Below, piece by piece: positions 20,826-30,482 of a DNA stretch of 64,000 nt. Positions within the stretch are counted from its first letter, which is position 1. The number at the start of each line of letters is the position of its first letter. Below the pieces are notes generated by a model. That model was given only the letters and a program-made list of their open reading frames with translations, searched no databases and was not told the origin of the DNA. Source of the DNA: Candidatus Bipolaricaulota bacterium (GTDB lineage Bacteria > Patescibacteriota > Patescibacteriia > UBA11705 > DATKZF01); contig DATKZF010000001.1 of NCBI GenBank assembly GCA_035528115.1, positions 92,508-156,507 on the forward strand, written 5' to 3'. Made by a program: the position numbers and the translations under genes.

Positions 20826-21029
20826 TCAGTGGAAATTGGTTTCCCTGATGATTTCTTGCCACTGCTCGAGAGTGGCAAAGGCTCGAGCGGTACGGTCTCT
20901 CCTTCCTCCCGGTCCATCGATGAAGTATCCGACGGACACGCGCAACTTGCTTACGGGAACCTTGTCTCCGCGCAAGCGTCCCAACACCACCTGTTTGTGC
21001 TGTTCGAAGGGATCATTCGGATTGGCCAT
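20826..21029 (-). CDS. GC-rich 67-aa hypothetical protein (MANPNDPFEQHKQ...)
   Basis: Preceded on the minus strand by AGGAGG and a TTGACA-N17-TAATAT promoter (21080..21108). Composition is strongly GC-rich relative to its neighbours. Confidence 0.4.
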   Translation of the reverse strand: MANPNDPFEQHKQVVLGRLRGDKVPVSKLRVSVGYFIDGPGGRRDRTARAFATLEQWQEIIRETNFH

Positions 21030-21079
21030 CCCCGCTTCCTCCTGTTGTCTCACACCAATAAAGGCAATTAGACAAAAAA

Positions 21080-21108
21080 ATATTAACATTAGAAAATCAG
21101 TTTGTCAA
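21080..21108 (-). promoter_or_regulatory. Consensus sigma70 promoter on the minus strand
   Basis: Reverse complement reads TTGACA aactgattttctaatgt TAATAT. Confidence 0.45.
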
Positions 21109-21123
21109 ACATAGTTTTGCTTT

Positions 21124-21588
21124 ATGGATCTAAAAATCCCAATCAATAATTGGCAAAGTGAAGACTCAACCGGAAAACCGTTTGATTTTTTTGATTGGCA
21201 AGGCGATGATTTCGCTCTTATAGTATTTTTTCGGGGCAAATTCTGCGGGTTGTGCCGAAAGTTTTTAATGAAATTAGGCGATGAGCGCGAATTTTTTAAA
21301 AAACACAAGGTAAAGATAACTGCGGTTTCTCCGGATTCCAGATTGGCCGCGGCCGTGCTTAAAACTTTTTTGCGGCTTGATTTCCCCAATTTAATCGACC
21401 CTGATTTTAAGGTGTCCGAGCTGTTCGGCGTTCCCAAAGAAGAAAAGAATCAAGCGAAATATTTAATCCCTTCGGTATTTTTAATCAATCCCAAGCATGA
21501 AATCGTCTGGGCGAAAAAAGGCGATAATTATGACGATTTTATCGAAATGAATGAAATGATGGCTAAAATAAAAGAAAATTTGGATTAA
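21124..21588 (+). CDS. Thioredoxin-fold redoxin (AhpC/TSA-like)
   Basis: FCGLC CxxC motif in a redoxin context. Confidence 0.65.
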   Translation: MDLKIPINNWQSEDSTGKPFDFFDWQGDDFALIVFFRGKFCGLCRKFLMKLGDEREFFKKHKVKITAVSPDSRLAAAVLKTFLRLDFPNLIDPDFKVSELFGVPKEEKNQAKYLIPSVFLINPKHEIVWAKKGDNYDDFIEMNEMMAKIKENLD

Positions 21589-22620
21589 ATGACTATGAGG
21601 GTGATCGATTTTAATTTCAATTTGCCTAAAAATCTTATCGCTCAAAAACCGGCCACGCCTCGAGACAGCTCGAGGCTGCTTGTTTATGCTAGAAAAACAA
21701 AAGCATTGTCGCATGAAAAATTTCATAATTTGGATAAATATTTGAACAAAGGAGATCTTTTGGTTTTTAACAATACCAAAGTGTTTCCGGCCAGGCTTTT
21801 GGGGAAAAAAGAAACAGGAGGAGCCATGGAAGTTTTTTTGCTCGAAGAAAAGAAAAAAAACGTTTGGCAGGCCTTGGTAAAAGGTAAAAATAAAAAGGCC
21901 GGGCAAAAAATCATTTTTGACAAAGTTTTAATCGCGGTTCTAAGCAAACAAATCAATGATTTCGAATGGTTGGTGAAATTTGAATACAAAGGAGATTTGC
22001 GCAAAAAATTGGAAAAAATCGGGCAAGTGCCATTGCCTCCATATATAAAATCCTCGGAGAGTCAAAGTAATCTTAAAAAGCAATATCAAACCATTTACGC
22101 AAAAAAACAGGGGTCTGTGGCCGCGCCCACGGCCGGATTTCATTTCACTGAGCAAGTTCTAAAAAAATTAAAAGCCAAAGGCGTGAAATTCGCTTATGTG
22201 ACTTTGCATGTTGGTTTGGGCACTTTCGGCCCGTTACGCCAGGCCAAAGTAGAGGATAACAAGCTTCATTATGAAAAAGTGGAAATCAATCAAACGAATT
22301 TCAACAAAATAAATAAAGCCAAAGAAGCCGGCCGCAGAGTAATTACGGTGGGCACGACCACGGCCAGAACGCTGGAAGGCGCAATGGGGGCAAAGGCCGT
22401 TAAAAAAGCTTGGAGCGGAGAATTGAATACTTTTATATATCCTGGTTATAAATTCAAAATAATCGATGGTTTGATCACTAATTTTCACTTGCCGCAAAGC
22501 TCTCTCATGATGCTCGTGGCCGCTTTAATAGGCCGAACAAATATTTTAAACGCCTATAAAACCGCGGTTAAGGAGGAATATCGATTTTACAGTTTCGGAG
22601 ACGCAATGTTGATACTCTAG
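21589..22620 (+). CDS. queA: S-adenosylmethionine:tRNA ribosyltransferase-isomerase
   Basis: The N-terminus (FNLPKNLIAQKPATPRDSSRLLV) matches the QueA N-terminal consensus I recall. Length 343 aa. Confidence 0.9.
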   Translation: MTMRVIDFNFNLPKNLIAQKPATPRDSSRLLVYARKTKALSHEKFHNLDKYLNKGDLLVFNNTKVFPARLLGKKETGGAMEVFLLEEKKKNVWQALVKGKNKKAGQKIIFDKVLIAVLSKQINDFEWLVKFEYKGDLRKKLEKIGQVPLPPYIKSSESQSNLKKQYQTIYAKKQGSVAAPTAGFHFTEQVLKKLKAKGVKFAYVTLHVGLGTFGPLRQAKVEDNKLHYEKVEINQTNFNKINKAKEAGRRVITVGTTTARTLEGAMGAKAVKKAWSGELNTFIYPGYKFKIIDGLITNFHLPQSSLMMLVAALIGRTNILNAYKTAVKEEYRFYSFGDAMLIL

Positions 22621-22667
22621 GTGGTAGCTTGTAGCTTATTAGGTTATTAGGTGGAGACGCAGGATAT

Positions 22668-23129
22668 ATGAAAAAAATTGTTTTAATTCTACCCAACATC
22701 AGAAGCGCGTTTAATGTCGGTTCGATTTTCAGAACCGCTGACGCGGCCGGCATTGAAAAAATCTATCTGTGCGGCTATACTCCGCGACCCGATAAGGATG
22801 AAAAGAAAATCGCCAAAACCGCCCTAGGCGCTGAAAATAAAGTAGCCTGGGAATATAAGAAACAGGCCGGCAGACTTATTGATGACTTGAAAAAACAAGG
22901 TTATCAAATTATTGCACTGGAAAAAACAAAAAAGAGCCTTAATTATTTGAAATTTAAACCGAAATTTTCGGCGGCTATTATTTTGGGTAATGAGGTAAAA
23001 GGCGTGTCCGCAGCGTTGCTCGAAAAATCGGATAAAACCGTTCATCTGCCCATGATGGGAGAAAAAGAATCCCTAAACGTGTCCGTGGCCTGTGGGATTT
23101 TCGCGTATTATCTCAAATTCAATGTATAA
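22668..23129 (+). CDS. SpoU/TrmH-family (SPOUT) RNA 2'-O-methyltransferase, TrmL-like
   Basis: ILGNEVKGVS and LNVSVACGI motifs in 153 aa. Confidence 0.8.
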   Translation: MKKIVLILPNIRSAFNVGSIFRTADAAGIEKIYLCGYTPRPDKDEKKIAKTALGAENKVAWEYKKQAGRLIDDLKKQGYQIIALEKTKKSLNYLKFKPKFSAAIILGNEVKGVSAALLEKSDKTVHLPMMGEKESLNVSVACGIFAYYLKFNV

Positions 23130-23173
23130 ATCGGGTGTGGTAAAAACTCGATTTTTTTAGTATAATGTAATAT

Positions 23174-23725
23174 ATGTTTTCGTTATCGGATTTTGAAAAA
23201 AAAGAACTGTTGAAACTGGCCAAAGCCGCCATTGAAGCTCAATTGGAAGGCGCGGATTTTAATCCGGAAACGCAAAATCCCGTTTTATTGGAAAATCACG
23301 GAGTTTTCGTCACTCTCTATAAAAACGGTGAATTAAGAGGTTGTATCGGCTACATCGAACCCGTTTCGACGATTTGGCAAGCTGTGATAAATAACGCGGT
23401 CAGCGCGGCTTTTGAAGATCCCAGATTTATGCCCTTGCAAAAGCAGGAATTGACGGACATTAAGCTTGAGATTTCCGTTTTGAGCGTTCCGCAAAAAACA
23501 AATATTAATCACGTCAAACAGGGGATCAATGGCGTGGTAATCCGTCGAGGAGGCAGGAAAGCGACTTACTTGCCGGATGTTTGGAAACATTTTAAAAACA
23601 AAGAGGACTTTTACGCCAGTCTTTGCGTCAAAGCGGGGCTCGAAGAAGGCGCTTGGAAAAAAAATGATGTTGATATTTACGTATATGAGACGGAGACGTT
23701 TGGACATGGATCATGTAACACATAA
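23174..23725 (+). CDS. AMMECR1-domain protein (AmmeMemoRadiSam system protein A)
   Basis: GELRGCIGYIEP core motif in 183 aa. Confidence 0.85.
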   Translation: MFSLSDFEKKELLKLAKAAIEAQLEGADFNPETQNPVLLENHGVFVTLYKNGELRGCIGYIEPVSTIWQAVINNAVSAAFEDPRFMPLQKQELTDIKLEISVLSVPQKTNINHVKQGINGVVIRRGGRKATYLPDVWKHFKNKEDFYASLCVKAGLEEGAWKKNDVDIYVYETETFGHGSCNT

Positions 23726-23743
23726 CATGAATCATGGAGTATT

Positions 23744-23997
23744 GTTACGAATTACAATAATCCGTTAGGCCGATTAATATATTTTACAAATTACATTCAC
23801 CTATAGCTTTAAGCCTGAGAATCTTGTAATTCGTAACAGATAACCTAAAAGCTTAATAGAATATTGTAATTAGTAACAAATTACTCATTACTATTTACTG
23901 ATCACTGAATTTATAAATTTGTAACCATTAGTAACGATTTATTAAACCAAAAATTAAGGCTAGTATAATAGCCGCAATAATTCGTAACGTGTAACGT
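23744..23997 (+). repeat. MITE-like repeat, composite (R3)
   Basis: A 94-bp unit (23744-23837) with perfect 14-bp TIRs GTTACGAATTACAA/TTGTAATTCGTAAC, followed by degenerate half-sites. It abuts the ATG at 23998. Confidence 0.7.
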
Positions 23998-24975
23998 ATG
24001 AAAATAAACTTCGTGGAAAATTTGGAGTTGGGACAAAAATTATCAGGTGAATCTTTTTTCGTAAAAAGCGTTAATAAATCGAAAACTCAAGCCGGCAAAG
24101 AATATTGGAATTTGCTTTTGGGTGATAAAACGGGCCAGGTCAGCGCCAAGGTCTGGGCGGATCATTTAAGCGATTGCCATGAAGCGCAAACCGGTCAAAT
24201 CGTATCCGTTTCAGGCTCTGTGCAGGAATTTAAGGGGAATAAGCAAATAATTGTGGAGTCGTTAAGCATCGCTCAAGACTATGATGAATCCGACTTCATG
24301 GGTAAATCAAAAAAGAACATTGATGATCTATATAAAATTGTGGAAAAAAATATTTTTTCGATAAAAAACGAATATCTGAAAAAATTGATTGACGGATTTT
24401 TCGGTGATTCTAATTTCGAGGAAAAATTCAAAAAAGCTCCTGGCGCCGAACGAATTCATCACGCTTATTTGGGAGGTTTGCTCGAACACGTGACAGAGAT
24501 GCTCAATCTCGCCTCGTTAATCGCCGAGGATTATCCGGTAGTCGATCATGATTTATTGATTTGCGGTGTTTTGTTGCATGATATCGGTAAAATGGAAGAG
24601 CTCGAAATAAACGGCGGCATTAAAAGAACGATCGGCGGCAAGCTCGTCGGGCATTTGCCATTGGGATTTTTAACCGTTGCCAAAAAAATTGATTCGATTA
24701 AAAATTTTCCCGATAATTTAAAATACAAACTGCACAATTTAATATTGAGCCATCATGGCAAGCGCGAATTCGGCAGTCCGATGTTGCCCATGTCGCTGGA
24801 AGCGGTGATTTTGTACCGCATAGATGAATTATCATCAAAGGCTAATGTGGCCGCCGAGGAATATGAACGCGGAGTCGAGGCCTCAAGCGTATTTTCCGAA
24901 AAAATATTCGCATTGGATAACACTGAGTTGTACATCGGCGATGATCGAGGCCCGGAACAAACTTCACTGATATAA
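23998..24975 (+). CDS. OB-fold plus HD-domain 3'-5' exoribonuclease (YhaM-like)
   Basis: An N-terminal OB fold, then HD motifs (HHAYLGGLLEH, LLHDIGK, SHHGKREFGSP). Confidence 0.75.
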   Translation: MKINFVENLELGQKLSGESFFVKSVNKSKTQAGKEYWNLLLGDKTGQVSAKVWADHLSDCHEAQTGQIVSVSGSVQEFKGNKQIIVESLSIAQDYDESDFMGKSKKNIDDLYKIVEKNIFSIKNEYLKKLIDGFFGDSNFEEKFKKAPGAERIHHAYLGGLLEHVTEMLNLASLIAEDYPVVDHDLLICGVLLHDIGKMEELEINGGIKRTIGGKLVGHLPLGFLTVAKKIDSIKNFPDNLKYKLHNLILSHHGKREFGSPMLPMSLEAVILYRIDELSSKANVAAEEYERGVEASSVFSEKIFALDNTELYIGDDRGPEQTSLI

Positions 24976-24998
24976 GGTTTAAATTTAGTAAAAAATAA

Positions 24999-26198
24999 AT
25001 GAACGTCACTTCTCGAATCAATATTTTGATGTTTAATATGTCTCCATATAGCGATTGGAGGCAAGGCATTTTTAATCGCAATTATTTTATTTTGCAAAAC
25101 CTGCAAAAAGATCCGAGAATCGGAAAAATTCTGGCGATTGATTTTTTGCCGCTCAAACTCTCCCAAGCTCCAAAATATTATTTTAAAAATTTAATGGCCA
25201 AATCAAAAAACAAAAATTTGATTTTCGGAGATTTAACCTCGATGTGCTACCGCGAATCCGACAAAATCTACGTGTACTCATCCATTGACTCGCTGATTTC
25301 GCCGAATATCGTCCTGCGGGAAATAAGCGGACTGCTCGGCAAGCTCGCCATGACTAAAAATTTGGTAGTCTGGTCGTATAACCCGATGTTCATGCAATTT
25401 GAAACCAAGATCAAAAGAGATCTCTTTGTTTTTGACACCGTGGACAATTGGACGGAACACAAAGGTTATCTGAAATTGATGAGCAAGAAAAAATTGATAA
25501 AAAATTACGAACGAGTGGCCGCCAAAGCCGACAGCATTTTTACCGTTTCCAAAGAATTGATCGATTTTTATAAAAAAATGGGCAGAGACGATAACCTTAC
25601 GCAGATAGCGAACGGGGTCGATGCCGAATTTTTCGATAATTTCAATTTATCGGAAAACTTGCCGGAAATCAAGGAAGGAAATAAAAAAATCATCGGTTAT
25701 AGCGGCACGATCCAAAACAGGTTCGATGTTGATTTGGCGGCTTATTTGGCGAAAAAAAATCCTGATAAAATTTTGGTTTTACTCGGACCGATTTGGCGGG
25801 AGAAAAAAGGCGAGATAAAGAAAAAATTGGGTAATTTGTCCAATGTGAAATTGCTCGGCCGGATTAAATACACTGACTTGCCCGCATATTTGAATCAATA
25901 CGATGTCTGCATTATTCCTCATAAAATCGATAATTTTATCAAATCAACGGATCCCATGAAATTATATGACTATTTGGCGGCCGGAAAACCGGTGGTAACG
26001 ACTCGCGGCGCGGGCGTTGAAGTTTATAAAAATGATATTTACATCGCCGACGATTTTGAACAATTCAACAAATTTGTTAATGAGGCCTTAAAAGAGGACT
26101 CCGCCGAAATGGCGGAAAAAAGAAAAAATATTGCGCGAAAGCAAGATTGGAAATTTAAAGTCGGCAAAATGATTGATATTGTCGAGAACAAATTATGA
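24999..26198 (+). CDS. Glycosyltransferase (GT-B, GT1/GT4-like)
   Basis: C-terminal Rossmann half (GYSGTI..., DYLAAGKPVV). Confidence 0.6.
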   Translation: MNVTSRINILMFNMSPYSDWRQGIFNRNYFILQNLQKDPRIGKILAIDFLPLKLSQAPKYYFKNLMAKSKNKNLIFGDLTSMCYRESDKIYVYSSIDSLISPNIVLREISGLLGKLAMTKNLVVWSYNPMFMQFETKIKRDLFVFDTVDNWTEHKGYLKLMSKKKLIKNYERVAAKADSIFTVSKELIDFYKKMGRDDNLTQIANGVDAEFFDNFNLSENLPEIKEGNKKIIGYSGTIQNRFDVDLAAYLAKKNPDKILVLLGPIWREKKGEIKKKLGNLSNVKLLGRIKYTDLPAYLNQYDVCIIPHKIDNFIKSTDPMKLYDYLAAGKPVVTTRGAGVEVYKNDIYIADDFEQFNKFVNEALKEDSAEMAEKRKNIARKQDWKFKVGKMIDIVENKL

Positions 26199-27085
26199 AA
26201 AAATTATCCATAATCACGGTTTCCTGGAATGTTAAAATCTTATTGATCGATTTTCTAAAATCGATTTTTTCTAATTTGGCGGATATTAATTTTGAAGTTA
26301 TTGTTGTCGATAATGCCTCGAAAGACGGCTCGGTTGAAGCGATAAAACACGAATATCAAAATGAAATCGCGGGCAGCCGGCTCAAAATTTTGGCGGAAAA
26401 AGAAAATCATGGGTTCTCCAAGGGCAATAATCTCGGTTGGCAAGCTTCAAGCGGAGAATATGTTTGGTTTTTAAATCCGGATATGAGATTTTTGGAAGAT
26501 TCCGCTGAAAAAATGTTGAATTTCATGAAAGCTCAAGAAAATGTCGGGGCCGTTGGCTGTCGATTGATTTATGCGGATGAAACGATCCAGCCGAGCGTTA
26601 AGAATTTCCCCAAGGTTTGGGATCAAAGTTTGATTTTGCTGAAATTGCATCATGTTTTCAAAACCAAAAGTTTGAAAAGATATTTGGCCAAGGGCTTTGA
26701 TTACAATCGGCAAGCCGAAGTCGAGCAATTGATGGGCGCTTGCATTCTGATCAAACGCGACGTTTTTGAAAAAATCGGCGGCTGGGACGAAGATTATTGG
26801 TTGTCTTGGGAAGATGTTGATTTGTGCGAAAAATTAAAATCCGCGGGCTTGAAAAATATTTATACGCCAATCACTTCAATCATTCATTTTGAGGGCAAGT
26901 CTTTTGAGCAAGTGCCCAGTTTATCAAAGCAAAAAAGGTTTAATAAGGGAATGCGAACCTATTTCAAAAAGCACGAAAGCTTTTTATCTTATTCCATTTT
27001 GTTGATATTGTCGCCATTTAGTTTGTTTTTAGCTTGGTTGACACAAATATTCAAGGTAAAGCAAAGGACTCAGTCTAAAATATAA
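26195..27085 (+). CDS. Glycosyltransferase family 2
   Basis: IITVSWN ... VVDNASKDGS ... FSKGNNLGW motifs and a C-terminal TM segment. Confidence 0.8.
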   Translation: MKKLSIITVSWNVKILLIDFLKSIFSNLADINFEVIVVDNASKDGSVEAIKHEYQNEIAGSRLKILAEKENHGFSKGNNLGWQASSGEYVWFLNPDMRFLEDSAEKMLNFMKAQENVGAVGCRLIYADETIQPSVKNFPKVWDQSLILLKLHHVFKTKSLKRYLAKGFDYNRQAEVEQLMGACILIKRDVFEKIGGWDEDYWLSWEDVDLCEKLKSAGLKNIYTPITSIIHFEGKSFEQVPSLSKQKRFNKGMRTYFKKHESFLSYSILLILSPFSLFLAWLTQIFKVKQRTQSKI

Positions 27086-27222
27086 GTTTAAAAACCATTT
27101 TGTCTCGGGACAAACTGAAGCGAGCGTCGCTAACGAAATAGAGAAATCCATTCCAGTCCGTTTGGAGAAGATCTCTCGACTGCGCTCGAGATGACAAAAA
27201 ACAATACGATTCACAAACAAAT

Positions 27223-28731
27223 ATGCCAAAACTATTCGATAAAACATTCTACATCGCCCTGGGAATATTCATTCTTACTGAAATTTTGTCGATTATTGGG
27301 TTTTTCAACGTCTTCATGGAAAAGCCCTTGTTCATTTTAATATTGCTTTTAACCGCTGTTTTGGGCTGTATAAAATATGAGTTCAGTGTAATTGTATTGA
27401 TTTCCGAATTGATTATCGGCTCAAAAGGTTATTTATTTTCCTGGCCGATAACTCAAGAAAGTGGCATTTCAATTCGGCTTGGTATTTTCCTAATTGTTTT
27501 CTTGATCGGTTTGATTAAAATTATTAGGGATTGTTTGAAAAAAGAGGGGAGATTCATCTTCTGGTATTCCAAATTAAGAAATTATTATTTTCTTATTTTT
27601 ATTGTTATTTTTTGGGGAGTCATTTGGGCCTTGATTAGAAAAATAAGCCCCGGTGATATTTTCTTTGACTCAAACGCCTATTTGTATTTAGGTTTGGCGC
27701 CGATTTTATATCAATTAATCACCTCAAAAGCTCAAATTTTGAATTTATTGAGAGTTTTTCTGGCGGCCACTGCCCATGTTTGTCTCAAATGTTTCGTTTT
27801 ACTTTATATCTTCTCGCATGGCCTGAGCTTTGCCGAACCGCTTTATCACTGGGTCAGGGACACCGGCTTTGGAGAAATCACTTTATTATCGGGCAATTTT
27901 TTCCGCGTTTTCTCACAAGCTCAGATTTACTCCTTAATCGGTTTTTTTATCGCTTTTGCATTACTGATTTCCTTGAAAAATTTAAGAACTAAGAATGCGA
28001 TCGGGCTGTTTATTATTTCCGCCTCGGCGCTATCAAATGTGATTTTCAGCTTGTCTCGAAGCTTTTGGGTGGCCGCGGCCGGAACTTTTATTATATTGAT
28101 CGGGGTAATGTTTTTTAAATATCGCCTAAAAATCAAAGAAGTGAGCAAAATAAAAGCTTGGTTTTTCAGCGCTTTGACAATCAGCGTTCTTTTGATCATC
28201 GCGGTGGTCAAATTTCCGATACCGCCGGTAAAAGTTGACCTTGACGCTTTGCGGCACAGGTTTCAAATCAGCGACGAAGCCGCGGTTTCCAGTCGTTGGA
28301 GCCAACTGCCCGAGCTCGGTCTGGCCATTGCCGGACATCCAATCATCGGCTCGGGCTTCGGTCAAACAGTCACTTACATTACTTCGGATCCCAGGCTTTT
28401 GTCCGAATTTCCGGATGGCAAATACACGACTTTCGCTTTTGAATGGGGCTACCTTGATCAAATCTTGAAATTCGGTCTGGCCGGATTGGTCATTTATCTG
28501 CTTTATATTTATAAAATATGGCGATTGGGTTGGTTTGCCGCTAAAAACGCGGTGAAGGAATTTGAGCGGCCGCTGATTTTGGGCTTGATCTTCGGCCTAC
28601 TGGCTCTGATGGCAACGCATATGTTCAGTCCATACCTTAACCATCCTCTTGGAATCGGGTATTTAATTTTGATTGGGATTTGGTTTGAAATTTTACCAAT
28701 ACCTGTCGTTTCAACCTCATCACAAAAATAA
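27223..28731 (+). CDS. O-antigen ligase/polymerase-like polytopic membrane protein
   Basis: More than 10 TM segments with a large periplasmic loop, in a glycosylation gene context. Confidence 0.5.
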   Translation: MPKLFDKTFYIALGIFILTEILSIIGFFNVFMEKPLFILILLLTAVLGCIKYEFSVIVLISELIIGSKGYLFSWPITQESGISIRLGIFLIVFLIGLIKIIRDCLKKEGRFIFWYSKLRNYYFLIFIVIFWGVIWALIRKISPGDIFFDSNAYLYLGLAPILYQLITSKAQILNLLRVFLAATAHVCLKCFVLLYIFSHGLSFAEPLYHWVRDTGFGEITLLSGNFFRVFSQAQIYSLIGFFIAFALLISLKNLRTKNAIGLFIISASALSNVIFSLSRSFWVAAAGTFIILIGVMFFKYRLKIKEVSKIKAWFFSALTISVLLIIAVVKFPIPPVKVDLDALRHRFQISDEAAVSSRWSQLPELGLAIAGHPIIGSGFGQTVTYITSDPRLLSEFPDGKYTTFAFEWGYLDQILKFGLAGLVIYLLYIYKIWRLGWFAAKNAVKEFERPLILGLIFGLLALMATHMFSPYLNHPLGIGYLILIGIWFEILPIPVVSTSSQK

Positions 28732-28802
28732 TCGCTGTCTCTCTATCCCGGCATCGGGGTCGTGAGGAAATAAGAGGGGAATCACTTATTCCTCTTTTAA
28801 TA

Positions 28803-28831
28803 TTGACAATTTCATTCAAAATGCTATATTT
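28803..28831 (+). promoter_or_regulatory. Sigma70-like promoter TTGACA-N16/17-TATATT
   Basis: First signal in the GC-rich islet. A strong SD (AAGGAGG) lies 7 nt before the ATG. Confidence 0.5.
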
Positions 28832-28861
28832 AATCTCCGATCGCAAAAAAGGAGGTGTCAC

Positions 28862-29086
28862 ATGTGGGACATTGATCCGTCGGGAACCGCGCTCAACAGA
28901 GAAGGCATGCTGGTGGCCATTGCGCTGGCCATCTTCGTTGTCGTCATCTACCTCGTCGTGAGAGGAGTCCTGATTCGACGAGAACTGCGGTACCTGGAGG
29001 AGCTCAGAAGAAACAGCGACCCACCCAGTACTGATGAACCGACTCCAATCACGGAATTGGGGGGAGACGGGGAGAAAAATGCTTGA
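28862..29086 (+). CDS. 74-aa single-TM peptide (P1)
   Basis: GC-rich ORF with a hydrophobic core (VAIALAIFVVVIYLVV) and an acidic/Pro C-tail. Strong SD. Confidence 0.4.
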   Translation: MWDIDPSGTALNREGMLVAIALAIFVVVIYLVVRGVLIRRELRYLEELRRNSDPPSTDEPTPITELGGDGEKNA

Positions 29087-29225
29087 TATCCTTTGGTTTC
29101 TCAATGACAAGCAGGCCGCGCTCCTCGTGGGCTTCGGCGGCTTGATCATCGCGTACTGCTGCATCTACTTTCTGTTTGCGACTGGAGCGAAAAAAAGCAC
29201 CTCGCAAGGTTGTCCGAGAAAGTGA
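29079..29225 (+). CDS. 48-aa single-TM peptide (P2)
   Basis: MLDILWFLNDKQAALLVGFGGLIIAYCCIYFLF... Its ATG overlaps the P1 stop, and a GGGGAG SD precedes it. Confidence 0.35.
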   Translation: MLDILWFLNDKQAALLVGFGGLIIAYCCIYFLFATGAKKSTSQGCPRK

Positions 29226-29268
29226 ATATCCCAAGCGCGGACTGAATCTGGTTCGCGTTTTTGAATTC

Positions 29269-29297
29269 TTGACAGCGAGCTAAGGCTTGTGTATATT
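29269..29297 (+). promoter_or_regulatory. Consensus sigma70 promoter TTGACA-N17-TATATT
   Basis: ttgacagcgagctaaggcttgtgtatatt, followed by a GAGGAG SD 8 nt before the ATG. Confidence 0.55.
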
Positions 29298-29337
29298 TAG
29301 GGGAGGAGGAACCCCTTCGCGGTGAGGAGCTAGTGCC

Positions 29338-29460
29338 ATGAAAGCTATGCCCGAAAACAGTCCTAAGGCGTACCGGTACTTCCCAGTGTTCCTGATCACT
29401 TTGTTGATCATCTTGGTGATCATCGAACTCCTCACTAAAACTTTATCCACGTGGCGCTGA
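29338..29460 (+). CDS. 40-aa single-TM peptide (P3)
   Basis: MKAMPENSPKAYRYFPVFLITLLIILVIIELLTKTLSTWR. It has its own promoter and SD. Confidence 0.4.
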   Translation: MKAMPENSPKAYRYFPVFLITLLIILVIIELLTKTLSTWR

Positions 29461-29526
29461 TCACGCCCCAAAGAGTCCGCCTGCCATAAAGGCGCGACAA
29501 ACGTGAAGTGAATCTACTTCGCGTTT

Positions 29527-30456
29527 TTATTGTAATTTTAATCCTATGAATTCCGGATGTCCGTTGATAAAATCATTGGCACCTACTTCTTTTTTCCCTT
29601 CCAACTTAACTTTTTTGATTTCCAAGCACCCGTTTTCGCATTGAACCAAAATCCTATCGTCATGTTTAAAAACCGAGCCGACCGGTTTAGCTTCACCGCA
29701 TTCGGCGACATCAGCCGACAATATATCCAATTTTTTATCGTTAAAAAAAGTAAAAGCGCCCGGCCAGGGAGTAAACGCTCTAATTTGATTAAAAATATGC
29801 TCGGCGGAACTTTGCCAGACAATACGGCCTTGGCCTTTGGTGATGGTGGGAAAGTAAGAAGCCGCCGAATCATCTTGTTTTTGCGGATTGATTTGACCTG
29901 ACAGATAATTAGAAATGGTTTTAGACATGAGTTCGGCGCCGAGCACGGACAAGCGGTCATGAAGCGTTTGAAAATTATCGCTCTTTTTGATTTGCGATTT
30001 GTTCTGAGAAATAATATCTCCCGTATCCAGACCGGCGTCCATTTTCATAATAGTAACCCCTGTTTCCTTGTCTCCGTTGAGCAAAGCGGCCTGAATGGGC
30101 GCGGCGCCGCGGTATTTGGGGAGTAGGGAAGCGTGAATATTCAAACAGCCATGTTTTGGCAGATCCAAAATTTCCTTGGGTAAAATTTTGCCGAAAGCCA
30201 CCACCACGCCGAGATCGGGTTGTATTTTTTTCAATTCATCAATGAAATTTTTATCCAACTTTTCCGGCTGTAAAATTAAAAAATCACGCGCTTGCGCGTA
30301 TTCTTTGATCGGCGAAGCCGATAATATTTTATTTCTGCCCTTTGGTTTATCAGGTTGCGTAACGACCGCTTCGATTGAGAAATTCTCAGCCAGCGCTCGA
30401 AGAGTCGGGATGGCAAAATCGGGCGTGCCGAAGAAAATTACTTTTATGTTGTTCAT
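29527..30456 (-). CDS. fmt: Methionyl-tRNA formyltransferase
   Basis: N-terminal IFFGTPDFA motif, SLLPKYRGAAPI, and a C-terminal domain. Confidence 0.9.
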   Translation of the reverse strand: MNNIKVIFFGTPDFAIPTLRALAENFSIEAVVTQPDKPKGRNKILSASPIKEYAQARDFLILQPEKLDKNFIDELKKIQPDLGVVVAFGKILPKEILDLPKHGCLNIHASLLPKYRGAAPIQAALLNGDKETGVTIMKMDAGLDTGDIISQNKSQIKKSDNFQTLHDRLSVLGAELMSKTISNYLSGQINPQKQDDSAASYFPTITKGQGRIVWQSSAEHIFNQIRAFTPWPGAFTFFNDKKLDILSADVAECGEAKPVGSVFKHDDRILVQCENGCLEIKKVKLEGKKEVGANDFINGHPEFIGLKLQ

Positions 30457-30482
30457 ACTTCCATTATACTCTTAAATTAGCT

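Noticed and set aside
11181-29285. Shared 10-mer gagctaaggc in the mod promoter and the 29.27-kb islet promoter
   Set aside because: A single 10-mer coincidence is within chance expectation for 128 kb of two-strand sequence.
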